DNA of 20,000 nt, taken from the sequence record DRR723986_9968; one strand, given 5' to 3'. The notes below the pieces were generated by a model. It was not told where the DNA came from. It did no database searches and worked only from the letters and a program-made list of their open reading frames with translations. Shown here one piece after another: positions 15,742 through 20,000 of the stretch. Every line of letters begins with the position of its first letter. Within the stretch, counting starts at the first letter, position 1. Both the position numbers and the translations under genes were made by a program.

Positions 15742-17655
15742 TTATTTAGAAACAACCATTCTCTTAGTTACTTGTTTTTCACCGATAGTGAAAGTATAGA
15801 AATATACTCCTTCAGCAAAATCAGCAGCATCAATAGTTAATGTATACGTACCTGCATTTTGAGATCCGTTATTGATAGTTCTAACTGTTTTACCAGAAAC
15901 ATCAGTAAATGAAACAGAAACGTTAGCAGCATTCTCTAAAGTATAAGAGATTACTGAATTGTTTTCGAATGGATTCGGGATATTTTGACCGATAGCGAAA
16001 TCTAAATCATTTTCAGATCCAATAGATAATGACTGATCAGTATTAATCGCGATTAATGGCTCATCACCAGTTAAGTACCAAGTACCATCAACATCATGAT
16101 AGAAAATTCCTGAATTATCTTCATCTGTTCCGTTTGCACCATAATCGAAAATTTGACCTTGATCAACAACTACTACTGGTACATAGCTGTTTCCAGCTCC
16201 CAAAGGAATTGGTGAATATGGTTGAAGTGCATTATACAAGTTTAAAGTAGTCCAGCCACCGATCATTCCAGCAGTAAGCTCAAAAGTCCAAGGACCAGCT
16301 AAATAATCAATTGTTGCTCCGTTATCTTGGTATAATAATACATCAACAAAATCACCTGAATTAGCGTTGTCAATATAAATATCGATACCGTGAAGTGTAG
16401 TATTAGCATAAATTGGGAATGTTGCACCAATTTCAGCTTTAGTATCAGAACTTTGTTCGTTTGATCCGATTACTTGCTCATAATCAATATGACTTAACGT
16501 GTGATCAGTAATTTGGAATGATCTCCAAACAGTATCATTAGAAGGTACTTCATCAGTCTCGTCATAAGTGATTACAGCTCTAACATCATACATTCCAGTT
16601 GGAAGAGTTCCCATATCTAAACTTGTAGTAAACGTAATAGTATCTACAATTCCAGTAGCTAATGGATTTGTTAAAACACCACCAGTTTCAGCAGGGTGAA
16701 CAACATTTGTAGTTCCACCGTCGAATACAGTAACTTCTAAACCAAAGTTTGTTGGGTTAGTGTTAGATCCTAAGTAAAGCAATTTTGATTGTACTGTTAA
16801 TGCTTGCGCTTGATCCGTAGGGATATCTCCGTACTCATATCCTAATGCGATATCATCTAACCAAAGTCTTTGGTGATTTGCCTCATATGGAGGAGTTTCC
16901 CAAACTTCGATATTGTCAATCATCCAGAAATAGTAAGTATTATACTGTCCATTTCCATCAGCAATTGAACCTTCCCATGTGAATTTAATTCTTACATCAT
17001 CATTGTTTGCAGGAGTTGCATCCAAAAAAGGAGTCAAATCAGCATATACTGTAAGAGGTTCAGCTATATCATGAACATTATCATTTCTGTCAATTCCATA
17101 ATCCATTTGAACTGGAGTAGACCAAGTTGCACCGTCATCAGAAGAAACACTATATAAAAACGGGAAGTCTTGGTAAGAACAACAGTATCTCGCATCAACA
17201 TCCATTTTCAAAACCGCTCCAGTAGTAGAAGAAGACAAGTCCATTGCTGGAGAATAAACACTTCCGTTAACTGCAATACTTGCATCTGTTACCGCTTGGT
17301 TTGCTGTATATGAATCCCAAGTAAGATAATCTCCTGTAAGACCATCACCGAATCCAACATATGGATTTGTTCCAATCTCCCAATAAGCAGCATCAACACC
17401 TTCAGTAGTCCAAGTACCAACAGTAGTTGTTAGTCCAGTTGCTCCTGAAAAATCTTCAGTCCATAATATATTTATCGCTCTATCTCCGCTAACCGCATTC
17501 ACAGGTCTAACAGGGTTAGAATTATTGTTTTCCTGCAATCCTATATTAGCCTTCAATTTTTGATGACCAAAAGTATAGTTTTTAGCAGTTCTTTGAGCAT
17601 TCGCGCCAAGTCCTGCGACCGTTAACGCTAAGCCTATTAAGTAAACTTTTTTCAT
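15742..17655 (-). CDS. T9SS type-A sorting domain-containing secreted protein
   Basis: Signal peptide MKKVYLIGLALTVAGLGANA-Q (start moved from 17712 to the ATG at 17655). C-terminal QNIPNPF...DVSGKTV...EGVYFY...KRMVVSK is a type-A CTD (TIGR04183-like). The body is acidic and beta-rich. Confidence 0.92.
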   Translation of the reverse strand: MKKVYLIGLALTVAGLGANAQRTAKNYTFGHQKLKANIGLQENNNSNPVRPVNAVSGDRAINILWTEDFSGATGLTTTVGTWTTEGVDAAYWEIGTNPYVGFGDGLTGDYLTWDSYTANQAVTDASIAVNGSVYSPAMDLSSSTTGAVLKMDVDARYCCSYQDFPFLYSVSSDDGATWSTPVQMDYGIDRNDNVHDIAEPLTVYADLTPFLDATPANNDDVRIKFTWEGSIADGNGQYNTYYFWMIDNIEVWETPPYEANHQRLWLDDIALGYEYGDIPTDQAQALTVQSKLLYLGSNTNPTNFGLEVTVFDGGTTNVVHPAETGGVLTNPLATGIVDTITFTTSLDMGTLPTGMYDVRAVITYDETDEVPSNDTVWRSFQITDHTLSHIDYEQVIGSNEQSSDTKAEIGATFPIYANTTLHGIDIYIDNANSGDFVDVLLYQDNGATIDYLAGPWTFELTAGMIGGWTTLNLYNALQPYSPIPLGAGNSYVPVVVVDQGQIFDYGANGTDEDNSGIFYHDVDGTWYLTGDEPLIAINTDQSLSIGSENDLDFAIGQNIPNPFENNSVISYTLENAANVSVSFTDVSGKTVRTINNGSQNAGTYTLTIDAADFAEGVYFYTFTIGEKQVTKRMVVSK

Positions 17656-17682
17656 TTTATGATTTTTTAAATTTTCGAAGCC

Positions 17683-17712
17683 TAAAAATACGAAAAAATT
17701 CCTAAAACTCAA
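17683..17712 (-). promoter_or_regulatory. Probable housekeeping promoter of the T9SS-A gene (TTG-N19-TATTTTTA)
   Basis: The minus strand reads TTG-agttttaggaattttttcg-TATTTTTA, one mismatch to TAnnTTTG. The TTG is the triplet the ORF track used as a start codon. Confidence 0.55.
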
Positions 17713-17771
17713 TCAATACGTGATTTTCCTTGATTGAAGTGTAGTAATTGTTGATTTAAGAGCTAAAAACG

Positions 17772-18551
17772 CTAGTCGGCGTCTAAAAAGGCTGGAAATC
17801 TTACTGTTATATCATCAAGCGTTTGGCGTTTTAATGTTACTATTTTCACAATTTCTTGATGAGGCTGACATTGTTCCACAATTTTCCCCCAAGGATCTAC
17901 CACCATACTATCTCCAGAATAGGTGATTTCATTTCCATCTTTACCAATTCTATTTAGGCCTATACTGTAGGACTGATTTTCTATCGCCCTAGCTTGTAGC
18001 AGTACTTTCCAAATTTCCGCTCGTTTTTCTGGCCAATTTGCAAGATAAACGGACAAATCATATTCTTTTTTCCCATCAATCACCCGGTTTCTAGAAAAGA
18101 CCGGGAATCTTAAATCATAGCAGACTTGTAATAAAATACGCCATCCTTTTATTTCAAACACTACTCTTTCTTCTCCAGATCTAAACGATTCATTCTCATG
18201 AGCCATGCGGAACAAATGCCTTTTGTTATATGAACTTTGAAGTCCTGATGCAGAAACAATTACGAAACGATTGTAATAATTGTCGTTCTCTTTAATAATC
18301 AGTGTCGCACCGATTTGGCATTGATGCTTGTTAGCTTGATCAATCAACCAATTTATAGAAGGTCCGTCAATGGATTCAGCAAGATTCTTAACATTCATGG
18401 AGAATGAAGTATTGAACATTTCTGGTAGTAGTATTAAATCAATTGGCGTCTTAATGTTTTCGTCCAACAGCAGCTCAAAATGATCGAGATTCTTGGATTT
18501 ATCTTCCCAAAATTGTTTGGTTTGTACCAATCCAACTATTAAATCTTGCAT
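17772..18551 (-). CDS. yafV: Omega-amidase YafV-like, nitrilase/carbon-nitrogen hydrolase family
   Basis: Catalytic E-K-C triad motifs LLPEMF, YNKRHLF and VCYDLRFP, plus ANWP and ARAIENQ. Overlaps the upstream aminotransferase by 13 nt. Confidence 0.88.
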   Translation of the reverse strand: MQDLIVGLVQTKQFWEDKSKNLDHFELLLDENIKTPIDLILLPEMFNTSFSMNVKNLAESIDGPSINWLIDQANKHQCQIGATLIIKENDNYYNRFVIVSASGLQSSYNKRHLFRMAHENESFRSGEERVVFEIKGWRILLQVCYDLRFPVFSRNRVIDGKKEYDLSVYLANWPEKRAEIWKVLLQARAIENQSYSIGLNRIGKDGNEITYSGDSMVVDPWGKIVEQCQPHQEIVKIVTLKRQTLDDITVRFPAFLDAD

Positions 18552-19675
18552 AACTTTTTTGTTGCTTGAATGAGGGTTTCATCTGTTTTGGCGAAACAAA
18601 ACCTAATCACCTTATTATCCTCCTTGTTTTCATAAAAAACAGAAACTGGAATAGCAGCTACACCAAATTCTCGTGTCATTCGTTTAGCAAAATCTACATC
18701 AGGTTCCTTTGAAATTGCTGAGTAATCATAAAGGCAAAAATAGGTCCCTTCGCATGCCAATGCTTTAAATTTAGACTCCTCCATTCCGTTCATGAACAAA
18801 TCTCTTTTAGGTCTATAAAAACCACTCAATCCTTTCCAAGTTGCTTCATTTTTTAAGTATTGAGCAAGCGCCCACTGCATGGTATTATTGACACAGAAAA
18901 CATTGAATTGGTGCATTTTTCTGAGTTCAGCAGTCAGTTTGGGAGGTGCAACGGTATAACCTATTTTCCAACCGGTAACATGAAAAGTTTTACCAAAACT
19001 ATAGGTAACAAATGCCTTTGACCTTAAAATATCACTTTTGAGCACCGATTGATGTTGACCTTCATACTGTAAATGTTCATAGACCTCATCACTGATTAAA
19101 AACAAATGTGGAAAGTCAATAAAAATATTCTCCAACTCTTTTAAATCACTTGCCGACCAAACTGTTCCTGCCGGATTGTGAGGATTATTTACAATGATCA
19201 TTTTCGTTTTAGAATTGATCGAAGTTCTCAGTTCATCCCAGTTAATTCTATATTCTGGGAATGTGAGGTTAAGATGAACTGGAATACCGCCGTGTAATCG
19301 AATACTTGGGTCGTAACAGTCATAAGCAGGATCAAACAAAATCACCTCATCACCTTTATTGATGGTTGCTGCAATTGCAGAATAAATTCCTTGCGTGGCT
19401 CCTGCTGAAATGGTAATTTCAGTATCAGGACTAACTTGAACCTCGTGTTGCATAAATAATTTTTGTGCGATTTGTTCACGAAGATCTAACCTTCCAGGCA
19501 TAGGGGCATATTGCACCTGTTCTACATCCAGGGCCTTTTTTACCAAATCTTTTAAGTCACCATCAACTTTAAAATTTGGGAAGCCTTGAGAAAGATTGAT
19601 TGCCTGATGTTCAGCGGCCAGAGCTGACATGACACTGAATATGGTTGTTCCAACGTTTGGTAATTTTGACTCCAT
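18539..19675 (-). CDS. ybdL: Methionine aminotransferase YbdL-like, PLP-dependent class I/II
   Basis: SKLPNVGTTIFSVMS, AINLSQGFPNF, NNPHNPAG, SDEVYEH, the PLP-lysine motif SFGKTFHVTGWKIGY, and IRFCFAK. Confidence 0.9.
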   Translation of the reverse strand: MESKLPNVGTTIFSVMSALAAEHQAINLSQGFPNFKVDGDLKDLVKKALDVEQVQYAPMPGRLDLREQIAQKLFMQHEVQVSPDTEITISAGATQGIYSAIAATINKGDEVILFDPAYDCYDPSIRLHGGIPVHLNLTFPEYRINWDELRTSINSKTKMIIVNNPHNPAGTVWSASDLKELENIFIDFPHLFLISDEVYEHLQYEGQHQSVLKSDILRSKAFVTYSFGKTFHVTGWKIGYTVAPPKLTAELRKMHQFNVFCVNNTMQWALAQYLKNEATWKGLSGFYRPKRDLFMNGMEESKFKALACEGTYFCLYDYSAISKEPDVDFAKRMTREFGVAAIPVSVFYENKEDNKVIRFCFAKTDETLIQATKKLCKI

Positions 19676-19677
19676 GC

Positions 19678-19998
19678 TTATCTTTTCATTCCTAAAATAT
19701 TGAACAAGCCTCTAGTCAATTCTCTGATCAACACATCAGAATTGGAGGAGGATGACTTTTGAGAAGGGCGCTTTCGTGAGGTTGTTTTCGGCTTTTTAGT
19801 TCTTTTTGGCTTATTCTTTCTTGCGCTTTTTTCAAATGCTTTTTTCTCCTTTTCTTTCTTTATCCTAATTTCTTCTTGACGCTCTTCTTCTTTGGCTTTT
19901 TCAATCTTTCCACCCAAAATTTCATAAGCACTTTCTCTGTCTATCTCTTTATTGTATTTTTCAGTTAAAATTGAGTACTCAACGATATGATCAATTTC
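19678..19998 (-). CDS. C-terminal part of a DUF853/YjgR (HerA-like ATPase domain) family protein; the 5' part lies beyond the window
   Basis: The frame is open to the right edge: EIDHIVEYSILTEKYNKEIDRESAYEILGGKIEKAKEEE...RELTRGLFNILGMKR. KYxxxIDRESAYEIL and the terminal RGLxxxLG match my recollection of DUF853 C-termini. The 79-aa ORF call is a truncation. Confidence 0.8.
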   Translation of the reverse strand, partial: EIDHIVEYSILTEKYNKEIDRESAYEILGGKIEKAKEEERQEEIRIKKEKEKKAFEKSARKNKPKRTKKPKTTSRKRPSQKSSSSNSDVLIRELTRGLFNILGMKR

Positions 19999-20000
19999 TG

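Noticed and set aside
1520..16250. Other short ORFs nested in long genes (e.g. 1520, 2012, 5016, 5044, 5970, 5995, 6132, 6748, 8789, 9471, 10652, 11112, 11683, 13481, 14210, 14911, 16056)
   Set aside because: All overlap well-supported CDSs on the opposite strand or in another frame, and have no recognisable motifs.
17656..17712. 19-aa N-terminal extension of the T9SS-A protein
   Set aside because: It coincides with the predicted -33/-7 promoter, and MKKVYLIG at 17655 is a typical signal-peptide start.
19678..19917. Stand-alone 79-aa Lys-rich protein
   Set aside because: The frame continues upstream to the window edge with a DRESAYEIL motif, so it is the tail of a longer gene.
19971..19982. 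12-bp palindrome TTGAGTACTCAA
   Set aside because: It lies inside a coding region, is single-copy and has no supporting context.

Overview
AT-rich Bacteroidota (probably Flavobacteriales) chromosomal segment; the taxon is inferred from the T9SS cargo, a PorP/SprF gene, TAnnTTTG-type promoters and the lack of obvious Shine-Dalgarno sites. All genes but one lie on the minus strand. In transcription order (right to left): the 3' end of a DUF853/YjgR-like ATPase; a ybdL-like aminotransferase plus yafV-like omega-amidase; a stand-alone T9SS type-A cargo protein; a 77-aa orphan ORF on the + strand; a thioester-bearing alpha-2-macroglobulin; a TPR-TM-SpoIIE/PP2C phosphatase; an M23 peptidase; a 1501-aa T9SS type-B protein with nine ~77-aa tandem repeats plus its adjacent PorP/SprF gene; and a PadR regulator followed by a membrane-protein gene that the ORF track missed. 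I see no mobile element, CRISPR array, RNA gene, reverse transcriptase or defence system, and cannot demonstrate a new system from sequence alone. The best leads are: (i) a WapA/Rhs-like N-terminal domain on the T9SS-B repeat protein; (ii) a matching pair of ECF-type promoter motifs upstream of that protein and of the orphan ORF; (iii) a PadR promoter/operator arrangement that predicts a leaderless, autoregulated operon; and (iv) the A2M / phosphatase / M23 cluster.
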